From: Lama glama
Taxonomy: Eukaryota
Assembly (NCBI GenBank): GCA_028534125.1
Contig: CM052831.1
Location: 26,970,001 to 27,034,000 of the forward strand
Direction: 5' to 3'
Length of the DNA stretch: 64,000 bases
How positions within the stretch are numbered: position 1 is the first letter of the stretch; every line of letters starts with the position of its first letter. The position numbers and the translations under genes are program-made. The notes beneath the pieces are model-generated. The model searched no databases. It worked only from the letters and a program-made list of their open reading frames with translations, and was not told where the DNA came from. Shown one piece after another: positions 23,012 to 36,200 of the stretch.

Positions 23012-23764
23012 GTAGGGCTAGGATTTGAATTCAGGCAGCTGGGCACCATGGTCTGTTCCTTGTGTGTTATGCCATTTCTTTTTCCAGGGTTTAGAGCAAG
23101 AAGCCAGTCTGTGGAGGGATCGGGGCAAGACAGGTTTTGAAATATCAAAAAGGCTTGTCACAGATTTTACATCATGGCTTTCCAGAATTTAGGCCTTTGG
23201 TTACCAAGTCACTTTTGCTCCCCTTGAATAGTAAATTATGGGTTGACCTGACAACTCTTTCTAGGGGAGTTCAGTCTCAGAATTGGAAAAACAAAAGGAA
23301 GGGTCCAGGCCTGACTCCAGGCTTGGTGGTGCTGTCAGACTGGAAGGACCATGACCTGAAGAGGGTACCAGGTGGCAGGCATGTGCAGCTGTCACCCTGA
23401 GCTGTGGGCTCTGTGTGCCCAGGAGCAAAGACAGAGCTGCATCTGCTCATGTTTGCCACTCCTTTCTCTGGAAGCACCGAATCCGCCTTCCTCAGTGGCC
23501 CCTCCCTCATCATTCTGGGGTTATCCTTCTGGTGTGAACTTTGGTCTGCACCTCTAATAGGAAACTTTTCTCTGTTAAGGAAGAAAAAAAAGCCTATGAC
23601 TTCAAGTGAAATTCTGGGTACTTCAGTTATTTTTTGAAAGTAGAATGTAAAATGTTGCACCCATCTGTACTTGTACTTAAATAGTCACCATTATTTCCAC
23701 AGAGGAAACTGGGGCTTTTGTCCTTGCAGGTGAGCAGCACCACCGCCTGTTTTATAGCTACGGA

Positions 23765-24189
23765 GTCAAGTTATTTTCCTAGGGCCACCATAACAAATAC
23801 CACAAACTACCTTAAAATGACAGAAATATTTTCTCTCGCAGTTCTGGAGGCCAGAAGTATGATACCAGGGTGTTGACAGGGCCGTGCTCTCTGAGGCTCT
23901 AAGGAGGACTCCTTCCCAAGCCTCTGTGACCTTCTGGTGGTGGCCAGCATCCTTGTCACTAGTGTCATTACTCCAGTCTCTGCCTCCTTTGTTACTTGGC
24001 CTTTTCCCTCTGTCTCTGTGATCATATTTCACACCAGTCATTGGGTGAAGGCCCACCCTAATGCATCATGACCTCATTTTATCTTGATTGCATCTGCAAA
24101 ACCTGTTTCCAGATAAGGTCGTATTCACAGGTACTGGGAGTTAAAACTCCAGTGTATCTTTTTGGGGAACACAGTTCACCCCACAAATA
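23765..24189 (-). mobile_element. MaLR solo LTR (MLT1B/C-like)
   Basis: cctagggccaccataacaaataccacaaac...cagttctggaggccagaag...gataaggtcgtattcacaggtactggg. Confidence 0.8.
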
Positions 24190-24329
24190 GGGGTCCTCTT
24201 TCATAGAAACACCTTCATCCTAGAGAGACGTCGGCCCTTTTGGAAAGTTTTATATAAGGGGGCAATCATTCTTTTATTTAAAATTTTTTCGTCTTTTTTT
24301 TAATTAAAAAAGTTTTTATATAGAAACTG

Positions 24330-25400
24330 CCAACTACAAAAAGATGGTAGATCGGTATAACCTAAAAACCCTCCTGCCAGAAACACCCAGAAATGTGGAT
24401 AAATAAATATAAAAAATTATATTAAATGTGTCACTGAGCTTGAAAGAAATCCCAAGGTGCCAGAATTGAAGAGGGGCCAGGGTATCATGGTGGTGAGTGT
24501 GAGAGCTGGTGCTGGGCTCTTGGGCCTGCCGTCATAGTAAAGTTGGGCTTGAGTTTCAGCACTCAAGAAAGGGGAGGCCCCAGGCTCGCAGGGTGAGGTG
24601 TCAGAACAGACCCCTGTGTAAATGAGGGATCCTTGCCAGGCTATAGCCCTAGTGGAATAATGGTAGGGGAGAAATTGCCTACCAGCACGGGGGTGACTCA
24701 TCTCTACTTGGCTCTGGATAAGAAGGAAAAATGAAATTTCACCGAAGAAACCGAAACCCTGCTCCTGTGCATTGTGTAAGATTGAAGTTGGAGTTTATAT
24801 TCCCCATGATCTAGGAATTCCCAGGCCTGGATTCAAGTATCAGTATTGGTTCCAGGTTGACGACACTGTGGGTTAGCTGGCCAGAGCAAACGCACAACCG
24901 CTCTGGAGGACGTGTGCCTCTCTCAGGTCTGAGGGATTCTGACAGGGAGGAAAAAGAAGCTACACAGAGATAGCTCACAGCCCAAAATGATAGAACACTA
25001 GCAGAGAGATTCCACAGTTTTATAGTTAGGGGTAGACCCCGCAGACTGGAGGCCTAGAGTCCCCAGAGCTTGAAATGATGGCATGACAGTCTGAAAAAGA
25101 GAAGAAAAAGAAGAAAGAAAAAAATCCGTGCATTCATTTTATGAGACCAAAATCACCTTAAGACCACAATGAGATGAAGACAGTACAAGTAAAGAAAATT
25201 ATAGGCCACTCTTTCTTGGCATAGACACAAAAATCCTATTTAAAATAGTAAAGTAAATCCAACAGTTGTATGTATTCGAGTATGTAGGCACTCACAACCA
25301 AGAAGGTTTCATTTCAGGACACCAGGATGATGTAACGTTAGAAACTCTATTGACGGAGATTAAGGAAGGAAAAAAGCATTTTCCTCAGTAGATGCAGAGA
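24330..25400 (+). mobile_element. Old L1M fragments (5' end and ORF2 piece)
   Basis: aagatggtagat...aaaccctcctgcc...aaatgtggataaat; cattttatgagaccaaaatcacctta...agaaaattataggcca...tcagtagatgcaga. Confidence 0.55.
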
Positions 25401-25685
25401 GGCCTGAGGCTACTTCCCCCAAATGGAGCATGCATCCCTCATGCATAAATAAGAGTGACCACATGTTGTCAGCGGCTCACACTGCTGTGCATCTTAGAGG
25501 GAGGGTAGGAAAGGCACAGTCCTGGGCAGGTCTAGCTGAAGAGACGGTGTATGTGCAACAAACAGCTACAGGACTGTTCAAGGCCCAGCAAGCTCAGAGT
25601 TAATTAAGCAAGGTGGTGTCCGGGTGTGGAATGTGAGTACCAGGGTCTGTTCCCTGATGATGTAGATGGCACCTTTTTGTTCCAG

Positions 25686-25849
25686 TTTCTCTTCTTCGAG
25701 AGATGTGGCCTGCATGGCTATCTGCCACCGCCAGTGTCCGGCAGCCATGGCCTTCTGCTTCCTGGAGACCTTATGGTGGGAATTCACAGCTTCCTATGAC
25801 ACCACCTGCATTGGCCTAGCCTCCAGGCCGTACGCCTTTCTCGAATTCG
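25686..25849 (+). CDS. SEC22C: SEC22C coding exon 2
   Basis: ttccag|; FSSSRDVACMAICHRQCPAAMAFCFLETLWWEF...RPYAFLEF; donor G|GTTTGT. Confidence 0.96.
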
Positions 25850-26111
25850 GTTTGTAATCTTCTTTCGTATTTATTGTTCTCTCTTATGGCATTGTGTATG
25901 TAGAATTTACATTTTGGATTTGGCTTTGACCATCAGGGAAAACCACTGGAGGGGCAGTAATGTGTCACTGGAGAACAGCCTTGTACCATGAGATTTCATA
26001 GCAACAAAGATAGCCTGAAAGCTTACAGGTTCAACACTCTGGCTTTTCATCTCTCCAGAGCCTAGGGGCAGGGTGGGAGGAATGGCAAAACATGTATTGG
26101 TTATTCTGGAG

Positions 26112-26310
26112 CAAAGGTCAGCAAACTGTGAGCTGAGGGCCCGTTTTTGTAAATAAAGTAGAACACAGCTGTGTTCATTTTATTTCAGGCTGTTTTTTGC
26201 CCTTCCCTGGTGGAGGTGAGCAGTTGTAACAGAGACCATCTGGGGCCTAGAAGCCTAAAACATTGACTCTCTGGCACTTGGAGAACAGTTTACCAACCCG
26301 AACCCTTGCT
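26112..26310 (+). mobile_element. MER58A-like hAT-Charlie MITE
   Basis: caaaggtcagcaaact...tttttgtaaataaag...gagcagttgtaacagagacc...agtttaccaaccc. Confidence 0.7.
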
Positions 26311-27762
26311 CTCAAGCAGTGTTGCTCAGGGATGGTACGCAGACTCATTCTCCCAGCGTGAGGGATGTACAGGAAGCGAGAATAAGTGCTTAGAAATTCT
26401 TACAGTAGTTTGACACTCTGGGGATTTTTTAAAATGATATTTTACCAAAATATCCACCTACAACCATTTGGAAATAAGAAAAAAAACTGGTCCTGTGCTC
26501 AGAGCTTTGAGAAGCACTGCTCTGGAAGAGGACACTCCTTTTCTGGGCCCTGCCAGAGAGGCCGTGTAGAGGCTCAGGGCTTTGGAACCCAGTGTGACAA
26601 TTATAGCGTTTGCATTGTTCCTCTCAGGTGTGATTCCAGTCATTTTGAGCTCTTGGAGGGCAGGAGCTGAGGTGGGAATTGGGGGCCACTCTCTGGTCTT
26701 GGAGTAAGTTGCCATGGTCCCTGGGATGCTCTTGAATGAGGGGCTGGCAGCGTTTGGTACTAAGGATCAGGTGCAGGGCCCACCACTTATGCCTCCTGGG
26801 AGCTGCTGTTCACATCCCCTCATGCAGTCTATGGCTGGCCCATTAGGGATGGGGCCAGCACCCTCTTTGATGTCACTTGAAGGTACTGGGAACTCCCTGG
26901 TACATCTCTCCCCACCCCTCCAGTACACCTGTGACGTAGACCATGAGTTCTGCACTGGGTCTCCCTAGTCCAGAGCTGCTCTCAAGCCCCACTTCTCCCA
27001 AAGAGAGCAGGCTATCCCCAGGCAGACGACAGCTGCAACATCCCCTGGCTGTCATTTGATTGGCAGCTGGTGGACCTGTGTTTTTCTCTCCCCTCATCTC
27101 TGCATGTGCCTTCCTTCCAAAGTGGTGGGGGTGGTATGACAGGAACCCCTTCCCAGCATCACATTTACTTGTTATTCAGTGAGAGTAGAATATAAGTAAA
27201 AGTATGTGGATACTAGAATTATAAATGATTTTGCTTCACCAGTGTGTATGAAACTTCATTTAAAATATTTATTAAACTTGGTAATGGATTAATACTAATG
27301 TAAATAAAAGAGTTAAAACCAATTCCTTTCAAATGTATGATTCTGGTTTGTACAACTTACTCGCATTCATTTGTAATTTCTTTCTTCTCAGACACCTTTT
27401 TTTGAGATAATCAGGTTAAGAATAACTGTCTAGATTTTTCAAGCTTAGAAATATTCTGTGAATAGCCTCGGATTGTACTATGAGTCATGTCTGAGCTAGG
27501 ACTCAAGCCCCTGTCCCTGACTGCCTTGGCACTGAGATTCTGACAGACAGACTGTCACATTTTAATTATTCTCCTCTGAAAGGTTGATGAGACTGGTCAC
27601 AGGGTGCCGTAATCATTTGATCTCTGTGTAGAGCTCAGCACTCTGATTCAGGGTCTGGCTGACTTACTAGCTTGCCTAGAAACGTAAACCTCACTGTGCA
27701 CGTACTGTCTTATACCATTACTGTGATGAAAACACTCAGCTTGGGCTGCTCTCTTTTTGCAG

Positions 27763-27942
27763 ACGGCATCATTCAGAAAGTGAAGTGGCATTTTAACTAT
27801 GTAAGTTCCACCCAGATGGAGAGCAGCTTAGAGAGAATTCAGGAGGAACTCAGGTTCCAGCCCCCGGTGGTTCTCTCTTTGGAGGACACAGATGTGGCTA
27901 ACGGGGTGGTGAACGGTCACCCACGGGTGCCCTTGGAGCCCG
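27763..27942 (+). CDS. SEC22C: SEC22C coding exon 3
   Basis: tttgcag|; (D)GIIQKVKWHFNY...NGHPRVPLEP; donor G|GTAAGT. Confidence 0.96.
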
Positions 27943-29609
27943 GTAAGTGGCCTGCTGCTCTTTAATGTTGATGAAGATGAGGTGATAGTGTGTGTTTCAC
28001 GTGCACATTGATTGTTTTACTAGGAGGGGTTTGGGGCCCGGGGGGCAGCATATAAAGTATGTGGGGGAAAACGTGGACTGATCTTGTTTCCAGGTGGTAA
28101 TAAAAAGCTTGACTGTTGTGATGGTGAGTTGATTTGAGGAGAGGCAGCCCTTCTGATGAGATGCAAAACAAGAATGACTTGGCAGGGTGTTTTTCTTAAC
28201 CAGGGTGAAATCTGCATGTTTAAATGTTATAAAGGAGGTTTTCATTCTCTTTTGCTGGAAGTCCCTTTACTGAACTGTACAGATTTGTACATATTCCTCC
28301 TTTTCCCTTTGACAGTAAGTCCTTATCTCATCATTTAGGAAACATTGCAAATCTCCAGGGAGAAACCCCTGCCCTTCTTGAAGGAGGAGCGGGGCTCTGG
28401 GGATGCCAGTGGGCAGGGGCCAGAGCCAGGGCTTCTAGAGCTCTCATTGCCTGGTTCTCTGTGCGACCTGGGAACATCCCTCTATAGCTTTGCATTTCCG
28501 AGTCCTCCTCTGATGAATACGGTGTTAATGAACATGCTCACAGTGACTTAGTCTGGCGGTAACACTGGTCACTCCTCAATGCCCAGCACGTAACAAAGCA
28601 TGCTTTTTTGCATTCCTTGTTTATAATTACACACGGTTAAACCAGTGTCTGATTAAGGTGGATATTTACATTCTAAGAATTCTATAATGGTGTAAAGAGC
28701 TGCATCCTTCTCTGAAAGACAGAGCTGTCTACACTATAACAGTCTAATAATTACTTTGTTTTAACAGTTTTATACTAAACTCACTACTTGAATTTTAAAA
28801 GTGATGTATTAAAAATGTTGACATTTTTGGCTTAACTTTGTGTTTTGACTTGACTTATTTCAACTAGTAAATTCCTGGACTGGTTTTTATGCCATTCAGT
28901 TAGTTGTTATAATTTACATTGGGATTGAAATTAACTTTTGTGGAAGACTGGGTAATTGAGCCCCAAGCTTCTCCTTTGCCATATCTGAAGACAGGGTAAC
29001 TTTGTGATTTCTGTTTTGTTTTTTAACTATGTAGCAAATCCAGAAAGTGTCACCTTGCCTGTCTTTCTAGGACGTTTTACTGTGGTTTGACTCCCCCTAT
29101 TCTCCTGAGGCTAGAATCTTTACAGGTAGCGTGTTCTGTTCTAACAGGAACTTTGAATTGCTCAGTGGAAACTCTAACACACTAACAGTAGGCATCAGTT
29201 GGGTTGTGGCTAGACATTCGTGTGTGTGTATGCGTATGTGGGAAATGTAAGGCCAGAAAGGATGACTTAGACAGAGCAAAGCAAGAGAATAGGGGGGATA
29301 CCATTTAATTGAGTGAACCAGAATCAAGTTCAGAGTTATCTTTAAAGAGAGGGTGATCATTTGTTCTAATTAAGAGTTCCAGAAACAGCTTATAGCTGAA
29401 ATAATCAATGTTTCCCTCCTCTTCCCAATTATTTTGGAACTTAGAAGATTGCATTTGCTGTCAATTGCTCTAGAAGCAATGTGACACCGACTATTGTCCT
29501 TGTCAGAAAAAGAGTGGAACATTTTACAAGCTGAGGGTTGAGGTGTGTAATAGAAATGTTTCAGAATTTGACAAGCAATTTACAACTAAAGCCCTAAATT
29601 GCTTTAAAT

Positions 29610-29792
29610 CAGGATTTCTTGACCTAAGCCCTGTTGACATTTTGTACTGGGTACTTCTTTGTTGTGGGGGCTGTCTTGTGCATTGCAGGATGTTTAGAAG
29701 CATTCGTGGCCCAGTGGGGACAACCCAGAATGTCTCTAGATATTACCAAATGTCCATGGAGGGGCCACATCGTCTCAGGCTGAGAACCACTG
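29610..29792 (+). mobile_element. MER20 hAT-Charlie MITE with 8-bp TSD
   Basis: caggatttcttgacc...gagaaccactg, flanked by identical CTTTAAAT at 29602-29609 and 29793-29800. Confidence 0.85.
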
Positions 29793-30078
29793 CTTTAAAT
29801 AGGAAGGAAATGAAGCACTTGAAAGACCTGTGCTTGCCCAGAGAAGGGCCTCTTTCTGGAAGAAAGTCACCTCGGATCCCCAAATCCATTCTGTCCTTCA
29901 TTTCTTGCCTCTTCCCTCCTCTAACTACAGCTGCTTTTAAAATTAGTATGTTTGTAATTGCGTGTTTAACATAATAAGCCTATCGTTAGTGGAGGGCTAG
30001 TTATTGTCGTTGTTTATTTTTCTTTCATATAGAAATTATTTTCACTAGATACGTCTTTTTTTTTTTTTTCATTTGAAG

Positions 30079-30197
30079 CTCCTAATTTCCGAATGGAACC
30101 GGTGACGGCCCTGGGTGTCCTCTCCCTTATCCTCAACATCATGTGCGCTGCTCTGAACCTCATTCGTGGAATTCACCTCGCAGAACATTCTTTACAG
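30079..30197 (+). CDS. SEC22C: SEC22C coding exon 4 (first TM segment)
   Basis: Poly-T tract then tttgaag|; (A)PNFRMEPVTALGVLSLILNIMCAALNLIRGIHLAEHSLQ; donor CAG|GTAATC. Confidence 0.96.
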
Positions 30198-31362
30198 GTA
30201 ATCTCTTCTAGACAGTTTAAGCTGAAAGACACATGATGGAAGAAATAAATATGTATTCTTTATAAGGTTACTATGCACTCAATTTTAAAAATTCAAGTAA
30301 AATTTTTATTTCTAATTTTAGTCTTTGTAGTAAGTTGAACAAATAAGAAACGTGCTTTTTTGTGTCTACTTTCCTAAGAAGCCAAAGGGGCCTGCTGGGA
30401 TATTGGTGAGAAATGGATTACTTGCCAAGAGGATATTAGGCCACCCTGTGGTCCCAGAGACCCCAGGAGTCCCTCCAGCGGCTGGATTGTTCATCCAGGG
30501 CGAGAGTTTGACTCTCAGACTTTAAGATTCAGGCTCTTTTTCCCCCAGGAAGACTTATCTCATACTCTGATTTATGTCATGCAAATACCAGCCTTCCGGT
30601 GTCTTGGTCAAAAGAACCATATCATTACGAAGTTGATTTGCCAACCTGCTCATCTCAAAGCAACCTTCTGTATCAGTGCTTTTTAAATAGTATTTTTAAA
30701 TTTTGAAGTATTTCAAACACTTAAAGAAAAAGTATAGAACCATTATGAACATGAACAGATAGATGTTACTTTTAAAAATGGAGTCATAATGCTCACACTC
30801 CTGCGAGCACTGATTAAAGTCTGAAGTGCGGCTGAGGTTGGGGCTTACGGAGAGCGAGCTGGCTGGAGACTGGCAGCAGGCTTGTGCTGTGAGTGGTGAC
30901 TGCCTGTTTCCACAGCCCATTTTAGGCCAGTGTGTGGTGTGGGTCCCACCCCTATCATTTGTGATTACCCATAAGCACATACTTACCAAGAACTGGAACA
31001 AGTGCTTGTTGGTTAAGACACAGTCCACACTTTGGGGCTCAAAGCAGAATGTGGTGACATCACTAAGGAGGTGGCAGTACCTGGGGGTGGGAGGAATTAG
31101 AGAAAGCTTAGCACTGACAGATGAGTAGGATTTTGAGAGGTGGCAGGGTCGGGGGACAGGAGGGCTCCCTGTGTGACCAGGCCTTTCAGAAGGATTTCAT
31201 GTCACCCTCTGTTCTGGTATGTGAACAAGGACCTGTTTCTCACTGAGCTCAGGATTTTGTACTGTCAACCATCCAGACCCAATGAAGAGTAAAATGTTTC
31301 ATGTCATAGTGTTCCCTTTCTTCTAAACACTCCTTTTCTTGTGTTCCTCTTATTTCTTTTAG

Positions 31363-31428
31363 GTTGCACATGAAGAAATTGGAAATATTCTGGCTTTTCT
31401 TATTCCTTTTGTAGCCTGCATTTTCCAG
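31363..31428 (+). CDS. SEC22C: SEC22C coding exon 5
   Basis: cttttag|; VAHEEIGNILAFLIPFVACIFQ; donor CAG|GTGGGT. Confidence 0.95.
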
Positions 31429-33069
31429 GTGGGTGAAACACTGATGTTTTAGTGAGTGGGTTAAACCCATGGCCTTATTTTGTTCTCTGATGGAACCATC
31501 AACAAGTTTCTCGATCCTGCTTTTGGTCCACCAAGGCCTTGGTTCACATCATGACCAGTAACAGCCCTTAGTGGGTCCATTTCTGTCTGAAGCTATCATT
31601 TTATAGAGAAAAGACCCTTGGACTCAGAAAGGGAAAGCCACCTGCCCTAGGCCACAGGGCCCTTGACAGTGCAGGACAGAAACCAGGAATTTGGACTTGA
31701 CTCCCAAGAAGCGAGCAAGGAGAATGTGGTGGGGATTAGGTTGGGCCTGACCAGTGTGAGGCAGGGTCTCGCCTCGTGATTACTGTCAAGGGAGTCCAAA
31801 TACTGAAATATCCCTCTGCAGAAGTGACACTTATGTATGCGTGTTTTTTTCCAAACCACAGCACTGGGTAAAAGATTTGTAGTTTTTAATAGTCATACTG
31901 TCTGAGTCAAATCTGTGCTTAGGAAATGAAACAAAAATTATAACACTAACTAAAGCACTTTGATTTTTAGTTAGTTATTTTCAAATAAGCTGTACATTTA
32001 AAGAGTAAGGTAAAAAGGAGATATGACACCCCTATAGGCAGAATTAATTCTAGTTAAAACCTGACTCTCTTTCCTCATCCTCCGCATGGGCTAGGATTTT
32101 GGTACCTTTGCTGCATGTTTAAGCTGCTGCTTCGTCTTTTTTTTTTTTTTAATTAAAATTTCTGTTCTCAGGACACTTCCTCTCTCTTCCACATGTGTCC
32201 CTAGATGGCCTGTTTTTAAGAATTACCTGACTGTGCAGAAAGAAATTTTCAACCCAAGATTGAAAAATGCACTCATTTTTTAGAAAACAAGTCTCCAAAA
32301 CCTTGGGTGTTGCCAAGAGGAGTTTCCTGGAGCCTGCATTTGAGGGCTGCAGGGATTTTGCAGTACCACCTTCCTTCCCTCAACTGCAGTCTTACTTGGA
32401 TAGCTCTTTCAGCAGGAAACTCTCTCCCCACCACTGTAGCTTGAGCTTTTGTCAAATTGCTCTGTGTTTTGAGGGTGTGGATTTTTTTTTTTTAAATATG
32501 GAACCAAAAACCATTTCCACCTTTTGCAGAACAAGAATGGCCTCTTCCTGTGTGGTAGCCCCACATGAAATATCAGTCCCTCTGCCCACTGTGAGACTCT
32601 TCCCTGACTCACAGGTGTTTTTGAAGGTGTACTGAGAAGGCTGTCTAGGGAACAGTGGTCCCTGGTGTAGTTGTAACTCAGGAAGAACTAAAAGAGGAAA
32701 AGCACGGCTTCTCTCACTGGCTTTCTCACCTGTCCCAGCCTGGCTGTCTGCCCTCACCTGCACCTCTTCTTTCTCTACAGCCTAGCCTGGGCGTTTGTCT
32801 GTATTTCTTAAATTCCTTCAAGAGTGCTGTGTTCTAGCTTCTCCTGTGACATCTATTTCACTTCTCTTGTCTCTTCCAAATCCCCACTTTCATCCAGTGA
32901 TTAGCAGCAGCTGATCCAGTGAGTCCAAGCTTCACTGTAGTGAACTGAGTTTCATAACTAATGTGTGTGAGAGGACACTGCAGGGCGGGTGCAGTAAGTG
33001 AGCCTTGCGCCTGACCTTGTGGCCATTTGCTTATCTCTGATTGGACTTCCTCTTCTGGTGTCATTTCAG

Positions 33070-33270
33070 TGTTACTTGTACCTGTTCTACAGTCCCGCCA
33101 GGACTACGAAGGTGGTGCTGATGCTGCTCTTTATTTGCCTGGGCAACGTGTACCTGCATGGGCTGAGGAACCTCTGGCAAATCCTTTTCCACATAGGAGT
33201 AGCTTTTCTGTCTTCATATCAGATACTGACGAGGCAGCTTCAGGAGAAGCAGGCTGACTGTGGAGTGTGA
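33070..33270 (+). CDS. SEC22C: SEC22C last coding exon
   Basis: tttcag|; CYLYLFYSPART...QEKQADCGV*. Total CDS 182+164+180+119+66+201 = 912 nt = 303 aa + stop. Confidence 0.97.
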   Translation, partial: CYLYLFYSPARTTKVVLMLLFICLGNVYLHGLRNLWQILFHIGVAFLSSYQILTRQLQEKQADCGV

Positions 33271-36200
33271 GGATGATGTTACGGGAAGAAGGGGTCCTTA
33301 GACTTTCTTACCAGGGTGATCTGTGTTTCGCTTTTTTGCTTCTCAACTTCACCTCAAGTTTCCATCCTTGAAGCTTCTTTCGACCAAAGGGTACTGATCC
33401 CAAGAACTGGGAATGTTAAAACAGGTGCGGTTGAAGGCATCAGCTGAAGGCATGAACCCAGTTCCGGTTTTGTGCTGAGCGTTACTGCAGAATCTCCAGT
33501 TCAGCACCTTTACTTCAGACAGCGATATCTGGGGGCTCATCCACAAAGAGCATTGTTGGAAGATCAAAATGGAATTATTTTGGTCTTTTAAATTAAGTGA
33601 TGCAATAAACAACTAGATTCAGTAACACTAGCTTTAGTAATTGGCAGTTGTCTCTGAGGAACCATTTAAAAATCCGTATCAGCTTTTCGGTCTAAATGTG
33701 ACGTGGTTAGTTTTTTTAGAGGGTTAGTACAGGGTGAATTAAAAACTTTAAAAAGTGGTTTATAACTATAAGCTAGATAAATTTTGTTTACATTTTTTGA
33801 TAACTTAGGTCTGATATGATACCTTAAGAATATTTAAATATATTTTGGATATAAATTGAATTTATCATCATCTAGGGTCAGGACACACTTAAGCTGCAAA
33901 AATGGCTAAGAAAGCTGAGTGTATTTAACTTACATATAACCTTTTATGGTGGTGGGACTATGGGGGTACAGAAGTGTTTTGTATCTATTTGCAGGGTATA
34001 GCTGAACATTTTAAAAATTAATTGAGTAACAAGTGCTACTGGATCATAAGCTTATAAGCAAGAGCAAAAAGGAGAATTTCAGGATTCCTTGCTGCCGGCC
34101 ACAGACTGGAATAGGTGAGTCATGCAGATCCACACAGAGACATTTCACATCACAGGTGGGACAGGCTGCTGTCATCAGCTTTGTACATGGTAGCCAAGTG
34201 CCTGTCAATTGAATGATGTTGTTTAGTACTTGACCCTGTGTGCTTGTTCTCGGAAGACCTCCCAAATCATTTACTTCCCTGCACCTTTCCCAGTCTTCTT
34301 AATTAGATTAATGGCCTCATTTTTTTTATGAATAAGAGTGAATTGTGTGTTAGCTTTTTTTCAAAGCTGTATAAAGATGTAATTAACCCTGTGTTCTGAA
34401 AAGTTACTTTGCTTTTTCTCATTGTCAATGTTGACTGATAATAGTTTTCCAAAATCTAGATCTTAATGTGATCCCTTTGGTCTCTGGAAATTTCAACCTG
34501 GGTTGTCCAGTACCATTCAGGAGGCCACTTGGGGAGTTTGTCTTTTGGATTGTTCTTGGTAGAAGTCTGGAATCTGAATAGCTCCACCACAGTTGCATGG
34601 AGTACTTTGGGTTGAGTTATGTGGTCTTGATAAATAAAAAATCCTATTTTGGCAGTTGTTAAAAGTCAGAAATCATCGCGAGAGTTAGTGAGTCGATTGG
34701 GAAAGTAAGGATGCCATTTTAGGGAATTCAGTTGTGCTTGGTCATTGCTAGTGGTGTATTGTTCTTAAGCCACCTTGGTGTCACTTTAAAAAAAAACACA
34801 AGTTCATGTGACTAGGAACTGTGTTGGGAAAATGTTGCCATGGTAATTTTATTTTCTTATAATAGAATGTCCTATTTTTAATCAGACAATATGTGAAAGC
34901 TATATTGGCAAATCCTCAGATGTAAACTTCAGAGTTGCCTCTCCACTGATTTTGCGTCTGCTTAATTTTCTGCATAGCCAGAAGGTGAATTTTCAGGCTT
35001 TCTGGGACATGATTTTGAAGAGATGGTGAAATAGAATGGGAAGCTAAGGAGGAGAGACAAATCTTTTTATATTAGAAGCACACACACAAATCTTTAAAAG
35101 GTGGTTAGAACAGCTTACAAAGGTATTGTTTTCTTTTCGAGCCCATGTGCTTTTAGTGTTGCCTGGTGGCCCTGTACCCCAGATACTCTGGGATCTGAAC
35201 CTGTGATCCACATTCAGCAAGGAGTGAAGAACAATCCTTGCAGAGGAGCCCCTCCTGCCCTAATGGAGAGGTTATCCACACATGGCTGAATGTGGTCTTA
35301 ATCAATTGACATCTACACGGGGCTTGAGATTTACTTTTGCAAACAAAAGGGAAAAAAAGATGCACTCAACAAAATAATGAGCACATAAACATTATCTAAC
35401 TGAAATCCAGCTAAGAGACATCTCAGCTCACTGGAGGAAGAGGCTAATGATAGGAAAGGCATTCTGGAGATTTGATCCAAGGGAAATCTCAGGATCAGGG
35501 TTGACTTGGTTCAGGCCTGGAGTTTTGTAGGCACCAGTGTCATCTTTGACCTCACATTACAGAAGTTACCCTCACTGCACCATGGACCTTTGTTTTAGCT
35601 GTTCTAGCACCTTTGTTTTCTCAGTGGTTAAATGCTCCCCACCCAACCGGCCTCACAGGGCTAGATCTGGAAGTAGATGAAACAGTGCTGGAAAGACCTT
35701 AACAGTGCCTTCTGGTATCACATGCCACAAGATCTTGAGCATCAGAGTGTATAATGTCCCATCTGCTGTGCCCGGGCAGTAATGTGGCTCAGTACTGTCG
35801 GGCCTGGTTTCCCAACCAAAGGGCTAAATCCCAAAAGGTTCTCCTTCCACAAGAATGCTAGGAGGAAACAGCTAGACTCTGCTTTTCCTTCCTCAGCTAG
35901 CCATACTGTGCCAGGTGCCATGCTTGGGTTTCTTTTCCTGGGTCAGGACAGTTGCGGGCATATTTGGGATGAGACTTCTCTTTACTAGAGGCCCCACTGC
36001 CTGCAGCAGGAGGAAGGAGGACAAGGGCTCCTGGTTTTGCTTCTTCAGCTTGCATCCCTTTGATCTGTGAATCAAGGCCCAACATTTTAAAGTTCTTCAA
36101 GGGGTAGGGGAAAAGGTGTTGGAAGGAGAGCTGAAGCTGGAACATTTAACATCATTTCTGTCAACCTCACCTTGAACTCCCTGTTATTTTACTAGGTGCC

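Noticed and set aside
32615-32635. Possible alternative SEC22C terminal exon (VFLKVY*) after ctcacag
   Set aside because: In frame, but the polypyrimidine/branch arrangement is weak and nothing else supports it.
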